A stretch of 64,000 nt of DNA from Squalus acanthias (GCA_030390025.1 CM059432.1:105154001-105218000); one strand, 5' to 3'. Positions 11,488 through 26,354 are shown, counted from the stretch's first letter. The notes: generated by a model not told the origin, from the letters alone. Made by a program: numbers and translations.

Positions 11488-11640
11488 CCCTACCTAACAG
11501 CACTGGGGGAGTACCATCACCTCACGGACTGCAGCGGTTCAAGAAGGCGGCTCACCACCACCTTCTTAAGGGCAACTAAGGATGGGCAATAAATGCTGGC
11601 ATTGCCAGCGATGCCCTGATCCATAAACAAATTAAAAAAA
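11488..11640 (+). mobile_element. 3' terminal fragment of the same LINE family as 1968-4860
   Basis: CCCTACCTAACAGCACTG...GCAGCGGTTCAAGAAGGCGGCTCACCACCACCTTCT.AAGGGCAA...A-tail is the reverse complement of 1973-2115. Confidence 0.85.
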
Positions 11641-11689
11641 AGGTAGGTAAAGCCAAAAAAAGGCCAATAAAATTACAAGTAAAAGTAAA

Positions 11690-12285
11690 GAAATAATGAT
11701 AAATTTATAGAAAAATTTGGTTAGGCCACAGTTAGAGTAACCTGTGCAGGTTTAGGTAGCCCCTTACAGAAATAACAATGAAGTCATTGAGTGTATACAG
11801 TGTAGATTCAGCAGGATGATGCCAAGCATGGGAAGCTATAGTTATGAGGAATTACATTAGATACTGGGACTATTTCCACTGGAGCAGAGAAGGCTAAGGG
11901 GGAATTTAATAGAGATTTTTGAAATTATGAAGCAGTTTGACAGTGTGTAGGGAAAGACTATTTCTCCTGGTTGGGGAGTCAGTGACAAGTGATCAATCTA
12001 AAATTATCTCTAAGAATGAGAAGTGAGGTCAGGAGAAATTTCCTTACACAGAGCGTTGTGGGAGGATGGAATGCTTTGTCAGAGAATTGTTCAGGCAGAG
12101 CCCATTAAGAGAAAATGACTATATCTGTATATTAGTTCAGATTGACTCTTTTTAAAGTGTATCCTAATTTAATGTAGTACTAGTTGAAGCAGAGGCTATG
12201 GCTATGGGGAGTGAGCAAGGCAGTGGGATTTATTGTTCTAACAAAGAGATATGATAAGCCGAATGGTCTCCTTCTGTGCTGCAAA
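11690..12285 (+). mobile_element. Old degraded CR1 3' fragment
   Basis: GGTTAGGCCACAGTTAGAGTA, GGAGCAGAGAAGGCTAAGGGGG and GCCGAATGGTCTCCTTCTGTGCTG are CR1 hallmarks. Confidence 0.7.
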
Positions 12286-13935
12286 TATTTATGGTTCCAC
12301 AAGGCCATTCTTCAGTTCGGAGCCCAGAGGGTGTGGAGTACACCACATGCCTGCTCTCACTTGATGTCCATATACATACACTCTCAAACAGCAACACAAT
12401 AGTGATACTGATCAGGAGCAGGAATGCAAGCTGATTTATCCCCAGGCATCCTGAGGTCACTGTGGTATCCCTCTGCTACCTCAGCTGGGTTCAACTAATT
12501 CAGCTCAGACTGGGGAATGGTCTGGTATGTATGGCTCAATACCAAGAAATGGTTTTCCTTTTTATAGGTCATTTTGTTAAATTTGATTGCTAGCAACCTA
12601 ACAGGAGCTGCGCACTAAGACTGCCTTAATGTACAGTTTTGACAAATCCCTGGAACAATGGAAAAAATGGTTTCCTTGGCAGTGTATTAGAGAATTGAAA
12701 AAGCCCATTCATTAAGAAGGTTTATTATATTCAATGTCTTAGCAGCACATTTGCAGTGAACCGAGCAGCCTTTAAGATAAAGTGAAGTCCAAAAGAACCA
12801 ATGTACAGCATGCACTTGGTATGTTCGGTATCTTGATTAATAACTTGAACACTTTCTTTCACAGCTTTAAAAAACAAACTAGTATTAAATTAAATTAGGA
12901 TACACTTTAAAAAGAGTCAATCTGAACTAATATACAGATATACGGTAGAATATGAAGGTGTTCAAGAAAAAAATCATTATATTGTATGAAAATATTATTC
13001 TGACTTGAATAAAAATACAGCTTTGAGTGTTTTTTACTGACTGTAACAAATGGGTGATGCTTATGCTAAACTAATGCAAGTGATGGAAGCTATAGGAACT
13101 CTGAATAAGTGCTTAACTAATGGTAACAAATAATTTCATATTCAATTTTAACCTTAACCTCCTGAGAACACATGCCCAACATGTACTACATGGACAAACA
13201 TCCATCTTGCCTGCTCAAATAAAGAATACTACTGCTTATAGTTTACTTTTCCCAATAAATGAAAGCCCGTGGTTTAAATAATGGCTCTCATCACAGTACA
13301 ATCTGGGGACTATGGTATATGTGCTGTAAGACTGCATTGAAATAGGAGAAATTATAGCTTAGAATTCCACCATTCATAGTCAATGGGTGGAAAATCTATT
13401 GTTTAAAATCTGGGATATAATTCACCTGGGACAGGGACGGGGAAAATAGACAATGGTTTCAACTTATTTTCCCTACCACTTGTTCTGTAACTCATGAGAC
13501 GCTCATTAAATGAGAAGCCCAAGCATCACCTTTTCATTTGTTTTCCTGAAACAGCACTGCTCCCTCCTTGTCTCACTCTGACGGGCAGTTAAATTCAAAA
13601 TGGAGGTTAAAAAAGATTGAATAATTTAATAAAAGATTTATAATATTTTAATTGACGTACCACCCCCTGGGAGCAGGTTGGTCGCCCGCCCCCGTTAAAA
13701 CCGGAAGTGAGCGGGTTGGAGGTGGGATCAGATCGGGAATCCCATTTTTAACAATTTAACTACCTCTACGCTCCAAACCCACCAGTTTTTTTTAAGGGGA
13801 AAATTACGGCCTCTGCTTTTTGTTTCTTAGCCTGCTTGCTATCTATTCTGCTACCTATCCCCTGACTCCATATGCTCGGAACTTAGTTATGAGTCTAGTA
13901 TGTGGTACCTTATCGAAGGCCTTTTGAAAATCCAA

Positions 13936-15459
13936 CAACAACAACTTGTATTTATATAGTACCTTTGATGTAGTACAACAGCTCACGGCACTTCACAGGA
14001 GTATTATAAAACAAAAAATTTGACACCAAGCCACATAAGGATAAATTAGGGCAGGTGACAAAAACCTTGGTCAAAGAGGTAGGTTTTAAGGAGCGTCTTA
14101 AAGGAGGAAAGAGAGGTAGAGAGGCGGAGAGGTTTAGGCAGGGAATTCCAGAGCTTAGGGCCTAGGCAACAAAAGGCACGGCCGCCAATAGTTGAGCAAT
14201 TATAATCAGGGATGCTCAAGAGGGCAGAATTAGAGGAGTGCAGATATCTCGGGGGTGGGGGGGGGGGGGGCGGGGGGTTGTGGGGCTGGAGGAGATTACA
14301 GAGATAGGGAGGGGCGAGGCCATGGAGGGATTTGAAAACAAGGATGAGAATTTTGAAATCGAGGCGTTGCTTAACCTGGAGCCAATGGAAGTCAGTGAGC
14401 ACAGGGGAAATGGGTGAACGGGACTTGGTGCGAGTTAGGACATGGGCAGACGAGTTTTGGATGACCTCAAGTTTACGTAGGGTAGAATGTAGGAGGCCAG
14501 CCAGGCGTGCATTGGAATAGTCAAGTCTAGAGGTAACAAAGGCATGGATGAGGGTTTCAGCAGTGGATGAGCTGAGACAAGGTCGGAGATGGGCGATGTT
14601 ATGGAGCGGATATGTGGTTGGAAGCTCATTTCAGGGTCAAATATGACACCAAGGTTGCGAACAGTGTGGTTCAGCCTCGGACAGATGTTAGGGAGAGGGA
14701 TGGAGTCAGTGGCTAGGGAACGGAGTTTATGGCGGGGACCGAAATCAATGGCTTCGGTCTTCCCAATATTTAATAGGAGAAAATTTCTGCTCATCCAGAA
14801 CTGGATGTCGGACAAGCAGTCTGACAATTTAGAGACCGTGGAGGAGTCGAGAGAAGTGGTGGTGAGGCAGAGCTGGGCGTCGTCAGCGTACATGTGGAAA
14901 TTGATGCTGTGTTTTCGGATGATTTTGCCAAGGGTCAGCATGTAGATAAGAAATAGGAGGGGACCAAGGATAGATCCTTGGGAGACACCAGAGGTAACGA
15001 TGCGGGAGTGGGAAGAGAAGCTGTTGCAGGTGATTCTCTGGCTACGATTAAATAGATAAGAATGGAACCAGGCAAGTGCAGTCCCACCCAGCTGGACGAC
15101 AGTGGAGAGGCGTTGGAGAAGGATGGAGTGGTCAACCATGTCAAAGGCTGCAGACAAGTCAAGAAGGACGAGGAGGGATAGTTTACCTTTGTCACAGTCA
15201 CAAAGGATGTCATTTGTGACTTTGAGAGCTGTTTCGGTACTGTGGCCGGGCAGAAACCTGATTGGAGGGATTCAAATATGGAGTTGCGGGAAAGATGGGC
15301 ACAGAATTGGGAGGTGAAAACATGTTCAAGGACTTTGGAGAGGAAAGGGAGGTTGGAGATGGGGCAGTAGTTTGCAAGGACAGAGGGGTCAAGGGTTTTT
15401 GTTGAGAGGGGTGATGATGGCAGATTTGAAGGAGAAGGGGACAGTACCTGAGGAGAGAG
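13936..15459 (-). mobile_element. L2 LINE, 5'-truncated
   Basis: ORF 14435-15157 (SAAFDMVDHSILL, GVSQGSILGPLLF, MYADD) and ORF 14046-14402 (FHWLQVKQRLDFKIL, GGRAF, FKTLLKTYLF). (CAA)n tail. TSD AATCCAA at 13929-35 / 15460-66. Confidence 0.92.
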
Positions 15460-16729
15460 AATCCAAATATATTACATCTACTACATTACCCTTGTCTACT
15501 CTTTTTGTTACTTCTTTAAAGAATTCAGTAAGGTTGGTAAAGCATGACCTTCCCTTTAGAACATTGTGCTGACTACTTTTGGTTTCTAAATGGTTTTTCT
15601 ATTACATCTTAGAGTAAAGATTCCATTATCTTTCCTACCATTGATGTTAAGCAAACAGGTCTATAGTTCCCTGGGCTTGTACTATCTCCTTTTTAAAATA
15701 TAGGAATCAGATTAGCTGTCCGCTAACTTCTTTTAATATGTGAGGATGCAATGCATCTAGACATGGAGTTTTATCTGATCTAAGTTTTATTAGTTTATCT
15801 CCCCCTTTCTTAAATGTCTTTACATCTTTTTTGATCTCTTCTTCTAATGTCATGTCCACCTTGTTATTCCCCCTGGTGTAACTATCCAATATTTCTGCCA
15901 TTTTGCTGTCATTACCTGTGAGTTTATTTTGTGCATCATTTAGTGGCCCTATCTCTATCCTGATTTTTCTTTTATTTAAATGTCTGTAGAGTACTATACT
16001 AGTTCTTCCTGTATTCCTTAATAGCTTAATTTCATAGTTCCTCTGTGCTTTCCTAATTGGTTTTTGACTTCTTTCCAGTCCCTTTCATCATCCACTCCTT
16101 TATTATCTATGTACTTAGAGTATGCTTTTTCCTTCAGTTTCAATTTTTCCTTTATGTCTTTATTCATCCATGGTGTTTCATTATTGGCTGGTTCATTTTT
16201 TTTTTAAAGAGGAATATATTTCTCCTGGACTCTTATTACACTTAAGTATTTCGTAGTGCTGTTCTGTCTCTTCGTCTGTCAAATGTTTTTCCCTAGTTCC
16301 ATTCTCATTCCCATAAAATTAGCTTTTTCCAATTTACTGCTTTGGGCTTTGTATTACCTTGATGTTTTTGTCAATCATTATTTTAAACCTTATGTTATGA
16401 TTGCTATTGCCTAGATGCTTTCCTATGCTTATTTCTCTTATCTGTTCTGGTTCATTTCCCATTACTAGATCCAGCAGTGATTCCTCTCATGTTGGGCTTC
16501 TTACATATTGGATAAGAAGAGCCCTGTATATGCTATAAAAACTCCATTCCCTTTTCCCCTTCCCTACCACTTCTTGGGTGTAGTTGAAATTTCCCATGAT
16601 TATTGTTCGATGTATTTTACTCATTTCATAGATTTGCCTATATATTTCTTCCTCCACTACCCTCCCACTATTAGGTGGTCTGCAAAATACCTCTATTAAC
16701 ACGATCCCTTCTTATCCTTTGTCTCATAC

Positions 16730-16892
16730 CAAACGTTCCCTGTAAGCTGTGCTTTGTTCTGTGCGGCCTGTTTCTTCTAATGCATGGTCCCTTTAAATTT
16801 CTGCGCATGTGTTGTATTTACACTGTAAAAGCCGGTGAGTGGCCTGCGCGGGACCATTCAGGCCACATGCGTGCACCTTAGCAGGAACATTC
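16730..16892 (-). mobile_element. Small hAT-type MITE (same family as 45379-45686)
   Basis: AACGTTCCCTG...AGCAGGAACATT is a reverse-complement match to the 45379-45686 outer element. Confidence 0.7.
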
Positions 16893-17721
16893 GGTGGAGC
16901 CCATCCCAGCGGTACAGCTCCTTCCTGTCCCAGTACTGGTGCCAGTGTCCCATGAAATGGAACCCTTCCTTCCCATACCAGTCTTTCAGCCATGCATTAA
17001 CCTTCCTGATCTATCTGTCTCGATCCCAATTAGCACTTGTCTTGGGTAGTAAGCCGTGATTACCACTCGCAAGGTCCTGTTTTCAAAAATTTAGTTCCTA
17101 ACTTCTGATATTTCCTTAGCAGACCTCCTCCCTTTTCTTCCCTATGTCATTGGTCCCAACATGGACCACAACAACTGGATCTTCCCCCTCCCTTTCTAAG
17201 TTTCTCTCCAAGATATCCTTTACCTTTACACAAGGTAGGCAACACACCCTCTTGGACACTCGATCGCGACTGCAGAGGACACTATCTACCTTCCTAATTC
17301 TTGAATCTCCTATGACTACAACCTTTCTATACTGCTCTCCTACCCCAGCCCCCCTCCAGCTCGAATTCCTGGGTTATGCCACTCCTCATTCAGTGTTGAC
17401 TATGGCGTCACTTTTTGAGCTTTCCCCGGGTTTGTCTGGTATTTGCTGTTCTGGTTCTCCCCATACTCTCTGCTGTTGCTGCTGGCTCTCTCGCGTTGTT
17501 TAAATCTGCCGCTCTGGTTTTCCAGAGAGGCTCTGCTCTACGGTCAAATGGGTAAACTGAATATTCAGAAAACATTTGGTAGCATTTTTATTTGGTGCCC
17601 GAGGCTAGCATCGCTTCCCAGGGCACTGGCAAAACCCACTTGGCTCCTATAGAGGCTTAATTTACATTATACAGCACTGCCGCAGAAGGTGGGACTGCTG
17701 TCACCAGCAGTATTGGAATGT

Positions 17722-18045
17722 AATCACAGAATCACAGAATCCCCACAGTGCAGATAGAGGCCATTTCGGCCCATCGAGCCTGCACCGACACATATCCCAC
17801 CCTATCCCCGTAACCCCACGTATTTAATCCCCCCCTAACACTAAGGGTCAATTTATCATAGCCAAATCAACCTAACCCGCACATCTTTGGACTGTGGGAG
17901 GAAACCGGAGCACCCGGAGGAAACCCACGCAGACACGGGGAGAATGTGCAAACTCCACACAGACAGTCACCCGAGGCCGGATTCGAACCCGGGTCCCTGG
18001 TGCTGTGAGGCAACAGTGCTAACCACTATGCCACCGTGTTGCCCC
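17722..18045 (-). mobile_element. HE1-like V-SINE (tRNA head, V domain, CR1-type tail)
   Basis: Minus strand: GGTGGCATAGTGG (A box), GGTTCGAATCC (B box), V-domain TGTGTGGAGTTTGCACATTCTCCCCGTGTCTGCGTGGGTTTCCTCCGGGTGCTCCGGTTTCCTCCCACAGTCCAAAGA, then ATGGGCCGAAATGGCCTC and an (ATTCTGTG)n tail. Confidence 0.92.
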
Positions 18046-19799
18046 CACTATGCCACCGTGTTGCTGATGGTAATGGTACCATCAGCAACTGCTTCTTTAG
18101 TAAGTTGACCAGCAATAAAAAACAAATGAAAATGAAATAAAATTTGAAGATTAACCACAATTATTTTCAACTGCCTTGATTTTTATTTGAAAAAGATGTA
18201 TGAATGGTGACTGAATAACATGGAACGTAACACAGATAAAGTCATAAAAAATGCCCACTTCACTAAAGTAAGATCCCACCCCTTTACTTCGGAATTTCAT
18301 GGTCATCATTTTCCACTGTGCTTTATCTCTGACACCAGTACAATGTTCCTCTGGTGCCAGTTGAAACAAAAGTCTGATTCCCACATAATGACGACACTCT
18401 ACCCATCAATGTTCACAAAACCCTGAAACTTAAGCAAATGAACTGCACGTTGCCACTAGTTTCATGTGTCTGCACTTGACAAAAAAGGGAGCGTTCAGTC
18501 ATATGTATTTCCCAATGCAAGCAACTGCTCATTATTACTCAATGGCTTTTAGAACATTTCTCCACAGTAAGGATTTTGAAAAGAGTTACATTTAAATGTT
18601 AGAATTTTAAAGCAAAATGTATTCACATCAGTTTAATCGGATTCCTAGACGAAATGTGGTTAAAATGCTAATGAGCTAGGCATTGAAGTTATTCCCTCAA
18701 AGACCAAAAAAATAAGCAATTTGTTAGCCTATCTTGGTAATTGATAAACACCTTACCCCCAATCTGCTGGGAAGTCCCTTGCTCCGAGTACTCAGCGGAG
18801 GTGGTTTGCCATAAGCCCTTCCCTTTGCCCGTGAACATAGAGACAGACATATGCTCTGATAGTCAGGGCTTTAAACAGAAAGCTGCAGGGAAGGTTTTTG
18901 TCCAGACACACAAAATTAGGATGCAGAACGGTGGTTACAAATTATTCAGTTTAAGTGAAGCAAGATGACCCACTGATGTGAAGTGTAACATGTTCATGAT
19001 TTTATTTTATTGCATGAAGACAAGTTGCACTGATTAAGTGAGTCTGATCATAATTGTTGCCCTGTTATGTTTGCTTGAAGTCTGTGAAATAAAGCAGTTT
19101 AATGATAAGACCAGGCCAGATATGAATCATGTATTTGCTTGCTCCACCTTTGGAAAGATTGGAGAGGCGCAAGTGGGAACATGTGTGAAAGGCACAAATA
19201 TCCAGTTTGTACGTCAAGGGGTCCTATTATTCCATTGCTGGGTTCCAGTATTGCTCAGCTAAATATTAGGCAATAAGGGCACACCCTTGAATGCAAGAAG
19301 CTCAGATTACTTACAGGATTGACCAACACCTGAGAGAATATCTAAGATAAGACCCATAACTTTTAACACTGACATCCAAAAGTGTGTTTAACTAAATAAC
19401 TTGTAAACTATATAAACTAAAAAGGCTAATAATGTCTGTCAAGGGTCCAAGTTCCAGTTATCCAATTCATTAACAATAGTACAGTAATCTAAATCTGCTT
19501 TTAGCAGTGTCAGTTCATCTACAACAGTGACTAATTTCAAGGGTCCTTCACTTTAGACGTTCAGAGAATGTAAAAGGCACCAATATAAAATGCAAATTTT
19601 TTTCTTTTAATCTAATTCAGTTATCTCCGCTCTGGTGGGTATTGATTGGGTTAAGAGAGAGAATGTTCAGTATTCAGAGGGCTTGGTACAGTTGCTATTC
19701 TTCACATTATCCAGACCAGGAGTGCTGGGGTAAAAAGTAAACCATTTCTGCTGATTACAATGAATGTAGCAGAACATGAAATCCTGTTATTTATATAAT

Positions 19800-20076
19800 G
19801 GGCCAGAAATTCAGCTCTCCGGCTTCCCGGGGGTGCAAGAATCGCGCACATACTTACATACCGCGCCTGCCGTTGTGCTTCGGGCCCGCGTGGAATTCGG
19901 CTCCTGGGCCCCCTCCAGCTGCCGGCGCGCAGTGCTTGCGTATCCCAGGGGCACAGTTAGTTCGAAGCGTCCCCTGGGATCACGTGGGCCATGCATGCGC
20001 GAAACCGGCACTTTCGTTGGGTCTACGGGTGAGTACACAGCGCATACTCACCAATGGAGACCCGAATTTCTGGCCC
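19800..20076. mobile_element. Harbinger-type MITE
   Basis: TIRs GGGCCAGAAATTC...GAATTTCTGGCCC. Internal CCCAGGG...GGGATCACGTGGGCC resembles 26355-26985. Confidence 0.8.
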
Positions 20077-20455
20077 ATTATTTTTTAAACTAAAGGAAAC
20101 TATAGTCATCTAGTTCCTATCTTTTCCAATGTTCCTCAGTGGGTGCTATGCATTATTTAATGTGTAATTATTTGTGGGTGTTTGGATGAAAGCTGCACTG
20201 TACTAGTTCTTCCTTGCTTCTTACCACCCCAGGCAAAACATTCAAACCGATTTAACATGGTGAGCCCACTAGAATAACTTGCTCCTCATGTCAACACTCC
20301 TCCCTTTTCTTCTTTAGCATATATTATATCCATAAGACCCTACACAAACACATAAGCATCTTAAGAGCACCCAGCCAGGAATTTCAGACTAAGTTTAAAT
20401 AATTGAAAAAATGTATTTTTGTAACATTTTTCTTTAAAGTAACTTCAAACATTTA

Positions 20456-21130
20456 GGGGTAGAGTTTTTGTGAGTTTTATCAGTGCAATCCGGGTGAAGT
20501 CGGAAACCAGCGCAAAGGATTGCGGAAACTCAAACATAAGTTAGGTCAAGCATAAACAGAGTTACCGCAATCTCTAACGCTGGTTTAAAAATCAGTTACC
20601 TGAAGCTGGCCATGCCCCCAGATCGAAATAATGAGGATGGCGAGTTTCCGCCGAGTGCTCCTGTTTATGGCCGTTCGGGGAGAGTCTTCAAATTGAGCTC
20701 ATTTTCTTAGGCGCACAGGCACGTTTTTACATATTAAAAATATTTAATTTATTAAGAAACTGACTAGTGCACACCAATAGAACTAGTAAATGGTTTAGTA
20801 TAGTTTTTTAAGTCATTTTCTGTGATTTAAAACCCCATTACTCACAGGTGGAAGACTAGACACTTATTAAAAATGCTTCGTTTTTGTGATAAACCTATTC
20901 ACAGCTGTATTAATAAAACTGCACCAGGTTACCACTCTTAAATACATCAATTAATATTTTTTAATGCAAAGTAAAAAAATCCGATTACGTTCTATTACAT
21001 TGCACAGGTTCATAGAAGATTTTAAGTTTGTAATTATGCAAATGCATTTTAGCAGAAAAGTGAACTGTAACCTTACCAGCGCAATTTGTGCCCAATTTCC
21101 CAATTGCGCCTAAAGCGGAAACTCTACCCC
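20456..21130. mobile_element. Harbinger-type MITE
   Basis: TIRs GGGGTAGAGTTT...AAACTCTACCCC with TSD TTA on both sides. Confidence 0.85.
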
Positions 21131-24100
21131 TTAATTTTTTTTTTTAAAAAAGAGCAACATTGTCTTCATTGTAGGGTAATGCACTGTGACAAAATGTAAA
21201 TTGAGTTTCCAAGTTTTGGCTGTAGACAAGGAAACAACAAAAGCTCACTACCTGCATCAGCCTAATTAACTTGAAAGAATTACTGAATATTAATAGATTT
21301 CAAAACAAATGTTAAAAATATATTCGTACTCAACAAATTTGCATATACAGTATTCAATAAATTCTCGGGACTCAACATGAACACAACTACTGATGCTAAT
21401 CATAAGAAAATACTATAACCATTACATCTTTATTGTGAACATCACGTTTTATACATGCATAAATATATAGTACATACCTCCCCAAAATTGCTTCCAGATT
21501 TTTTTTCCTGAAGCTGTACTGTACCACTTCATCATTGGTTAGTTTGCACACATTTCATACAGTTATAAGCCAATGAATGGAACTAGTTCAGGAATAAATT
21601 GCACCACAGGATTTTTAATCTGTTTGTTCAAATGATGAAGACATATAGCCAGTGCAATGCAGTTCTAAATTGGATTAAATAGTCTTCCAGTTTAACAGAA
21701 AAACACAAGGTGGTTTGTAACATTAACAATTGGCATTTGCAAAGCTTTGTTATTTTAAAAACACAATGCATGGCACAACGATATGCCCTTGTGCTGAGGA
21801 CATAAATACACATACAAAAACAGAAACAAAAACACAGTTGTTTTCCTGGAAACTAAATGCAGATCATCATTTGATAAACTTGCCATGATTATAATCTTTC
21901 AATGCTGTTGCCAATATCTGTCAGGACACGCATTATAAACAAAAATAAATCCTCACAAAACTGCTTCCACCAATTCCAGAATACAAGAAATAATGCAACT
22001 GATTTCTAAGCAGCAACCTCATCTCAGGGTTTGCATAGATAACTATTACAAATCACTCATGCAAGATTTGCCTCAATGAGATTACTGCTTGGTAATTATT
22101 CCTATGCGTCTATTCTTCTGGAATTTTTTATTGGATTTTTCATTTCATGCAAAAGGTTAATTTAAATCCTTTGCCACGGGAGTGGGGAGTGTGGGGGTGG
22201 GAGTGGAAGAGAGAATTAGAACCACATTAAAGGACTGACGCACCTTAAAGTTGAAGTTGACATTCAGAGCCTTCAAGTGTTTTGCACAATAACCTAAACT
22301 TAATTGAACTTACTAAATCATCATAGTTACATCTACTTCAAATTTCTTGTTGAAAAGAAACCACTCCTAAAAGCTATGACTCATGTCAAATTATGGTATC
22401 ACAGACAATGTGCACCAACTCGTCGGAAGTTACTGGATAGTGATCAGAAGCAGCTGGTTTTTCTGCTTAGCCCTGTGGATCTAAGCCAACCACCCCTGCT
22501 TAGATCAACTATCTCTGTATGGACTAGATGGCGAAACTAGGAATCTTCCTGGTTTCACAGGCTCAATATAAGGCTGGCTAATGCGTTTACCCACTGAGCC
22601 ATTTAAGAGCATTCATAGGTCACTTTCATTTAAAATTAAGGCAAACTTTGAAGAAGTTTGGAATTAGTATTCTAGATTTAAACTATTCCCTGCCTTCTTA
22701 ATTCCTACTCTTTTGGAAAAAGCTCCCTTAACCTTCCTTAATAACACTAAACCATGATAAGTGCTTAACTTGCTTGGTTGAGGAATTTCATAAACTGCAG
22801 ATACAAATTGCCAGTCTCTTTATCACTGCCCGGTTATATCACTGCTCATTTAATCAGGCCGTTCAATAGGAGCATATTCACACAGAGTTAACTATGATTA
22901 TAGCCTTTTAAAGATGCAGCACTGCACCCCTTTGATCAGATATTAGTGTATTTTCTGAGGATGGTTTAAAGCTCACACATCTTATTTATCAATGTACACC
23001 ACCATTTATGTATATGAGAGAAATCTGCACGGCGAAACGGATTTTTGTCAATGAATTTTCTGGATAAAACATTCAGACAGGAACAGAGGATCCCAAGTGT
23101 CACAGTTGTTCAATGTGTTACTGTCTCAAAAATAAGATGCTTCTGTATCAACTGAATTTATTGAGATGACCTCAAAGTAGCTGCCTTTTCCCTCTTCCAG
23201 GAATAAAGTCCCTACTAAAAGAGGGAAAAGGCAGCTGCTTCAAGGTCCATAATAGGAACATGGGGACAGGAATGATTATCAAGGAATTCATTGGAAGGTA
23301 GCACATTATAGTCCAATAATGCCCAGTGGTTTTTTCCCTAGTTTGAGCCAGGAGTTTTATTTCAAAGTCAGAACAGTTGAGGTCTGAATTTAAAAAAAAG
23401 ACCCAAATGCCTATTGTATCTGGCAAATTGCACTTTTATTTTCGGGTGTTTTTGCAGTTTATAACTACAACTACATTGATCTTTAACACAAACCCAGTAG
23501 ATTTGTATAATCAATAGGATCATCCATATTTTCTACATGCAAATTGAACATATGCAGATATCATTGTAGAGAAAAACAAACACTAATTTAAAAAAAACTC
23601 CACAATATACACTAAAAGCATTTGAATCATACAGTTTATCTGTAAGTGGGGTTTGTATGATTTATACATTCTTTAATTCAGAAAATATAAATCCAAATTT
23701 GTTAGACCTTCCCTTTCAGTTATGAGGAACTAAAGATCACATTTATAAAAGTGAGTATATTTAAATATTCTTGAGTACAATACAGCTTGGGTGTTTGCAG
23801 AATTTTTTAAAGCTACATTAAACAATTCAGTTCATGGTAATAGAATTCTGCTTTTCACAATCTACATCAAGCATTTTAGGAAAAAATCCATTTCAGTTTT
23901 CTCCAGTGTATTTTTGCATGACACATTGCCGCAGATTGGGGAATTGCCACTATTTTTCACCCATTCGCAACTGACAAAATAATACCATGCCAATTGTAAA
24001 TAAATTAAAGCTTTTTTTTTTGCAGTGCAACTTATTAGTAAATCTCAGTACGAACCTGGAGCTGCCCCAACTTTGTTCAGTTTGCCAGAGGTTGGGGACT

Positions 24101-25085
24101 GCGTGCAATTTATGTAATGGAGGGGTTGAGATGAAGGACTTCTCTCTAGAGGATAATGAAGGAGGAGAAAGGGAAACACACACATATATATATATATATA
24201 ATTATAATGTGTGTGTTTATGTTGGAAAGGGATCAGAAACAAAGCTGTATTAGAAGTTAGCCATGAGCCTGAATGCATACCTCAGAATGCTTCTGCACCC
24301 TACAATTTAGGAGTCTGCAAAACAATGAAAAGTGGTGCACTAGCAATAGGCAGCCTAGTGAAAAACAATGATTGTGGTGGACAGTATTATTTTTCAATTT
24401 ATCACTCCAACTATTTTATTCTGAGGGCCAAGGTGAAAGCCACTTTCCTCTACCCTCTAATCCCTCCAATGGTTGATTTTTTTTCTGCAGAACCGTTAAA
24501 CATTACAGTACTTCAGTCTCACTGCTCCCTCTTCGGTTATAAATGAGCACTGGCTTCTGGCATCACAAGGAAGAACTGAAGAGTGAAAAACCACATTTGA
24601 AGCTCATACAAACTAAAGGTTTACCATACACCACTATCGGAATAATCAGAGCTTTGTTGACTAAGTATCTGATCGGTCCAAAAAGGTCAGCCGACTCATT
24701 GAAATAATTGAAATTCTTGATGTTTTTAATATCTGGAAGAGTTCAATAATTTACATGTATGGAATGTACACCAATTCGGTCCCAAATTCCATCTATTCTC
24801 AAAAGCTTCAGGAAAAGTTGTTCAGAGTATCGGTTTTCTGGTACAGAAGCATTACTATCCTGTGCTGGGAGAGCACTTCCTGTTGGGACCAGAGAGTGGA
24901 ACGCCAGTTTTTCTGTCTGTTTGTCAAGAATCAGCAGCAAGAGCTTCAGAAACACACACTTATGGTGAATTGTCCAGTGAGGCTGCAGGGAGAAAAAATA
25001 AAAGTCAGCTCCAAGCACGTAATATGGTGCAATGTAATAATCTAAACAGTCTAATTAGAGCAGAATGCAAAGCCTCCATACAAAT

Positions 25086-25650
25086 ACAACAACTTGCATT
25101 TATATAGCACCTTTAACATAGGAAAACATCCCAAAACACTTCACAGAGGTGTTCGGCAAAAACTGGAGGCCAAGCCAAAGGAGGAGATATTAAGAGGGGT
25201 GATGAAAAGCTTGGTCAAAGAGGTGGGTTTTTAAGGAGGATCTTAAAGGAGCAGAGGGAGGTGGAGAAGCAGAGCCGCTTAAGAGGGGGAATTCCAGAGC
25301 AGGGGGTAGAGGCAGTTGAAGGCACGGCCGTCAATAGTAGGGTGAGGGGAAAAATTGTAAAAAAGTCAGTCAGCGAAATGTAGAGTTTGGGGGGCTTTGT
25401 AGCGCTGGAGAAAGTTACAGAGGGACAAGTCCATTAAGGGATTTAAACACAAGGATAAGAATTTTAAATTCAAGGTGTTGGGAACCAGGAGCCAATGGAG
25501 TTCAGCGATGGGCGAGCGAGACAGAGTTTGAGAGTGGAAGATGGGTGGTCAGCCAGGAGAGCATTGAAAGTCAGATCTGGGAGGCAACAAAAGGTGGAAT
25601 GAGGGTTTTAGCAGTAGATAGGTTGAGGTAAGGGCAGAGGTGGAAGCAGC
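25086..25650 (-). mobile_element. Degraded L2 3' fragment
   Basis: CAACAACTTGCATTTATATAGCACCTTTAAC tail; colinear with 13936-14600. Confidence 0.85.
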
Positions 25651-26354
25651 TAAGCAGCTGTTTACCAGCTTTGGCAGAGAAGATAAAAAAAAATTCTTTA
25701 ACTGATAGGAGGAGTGTTTCTTCCTCTGGCCTTTACTGCATAAGGGAACAGTTGTATTACAAGTACTCTTTCCGTTCCCCTGCCCTCAAGTGTGCGATGG
25801 GTCACTACATTGAAGCACCAATGCATAGTGCTACAGCCTGGTGGGATGTAGGTTTGATCCAGACAGTTCTTCATCTCTGGCAAGCTACTGTGGAGAGGCA
25901 TTTAGTATAGGCTAGGAAGGGAGAAATATCCAGGAGGAAGCAAAGAGTAGTCACTAGTCTTTTCTCGTGCACCTTGTAGCAGCCGTCTTGAGAGTGATGC
26001 AGTTGGAGGCTTAGAAAAAGAACAAACTCTCTGTCATGGGAAATTATGGTTCAGGGAGACCAGATGTAGGGAAAATATAGAGAAAAAAAGTTAGACAGCA
26101 ACATATTCGCAATGTTCTTTAAAAAGTTTAGAATTTTTTTTAAAAAGTACTCCTTATAGTTAAGTTACCTTAAAAATAAAACTCCAACGACTATAATTTT
26201 GAATATTTCCTTTCATCAGGAGGTACATCGGGCCAACAAGAAAGTACAAATTATTACTATGTTTAACACCAATTTCCACCAATGTTTTTAATAACATTGT
26301 CACTTGAATACTGCTTTTCATGTTTTCTGGTTTATAGGCAGTACAGTTAAACAA

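Larger units (their letters stand above)
13815..17510 (-). mobile_element. Long degraded CR1 (ORF1 esterase, EN and RT remnants), interrupted by L2 and a hAT MITE
   Basis: Minus-strand remnants: VVVHVGTNDIG (~17140-17175, SGNH-esterase-type ORF1), VFCRPPNSG and IIMGNFN (EN, 16487-16702), HPHILKEV, and DFQKAFDKVP (~13900-13935). Confidence 0.75.

Noticed and set aside
17960..18045. tRNA-like A/B boxes (also 38832-38900)
   Set aside because: These are SINE heads, not tRNA genes.
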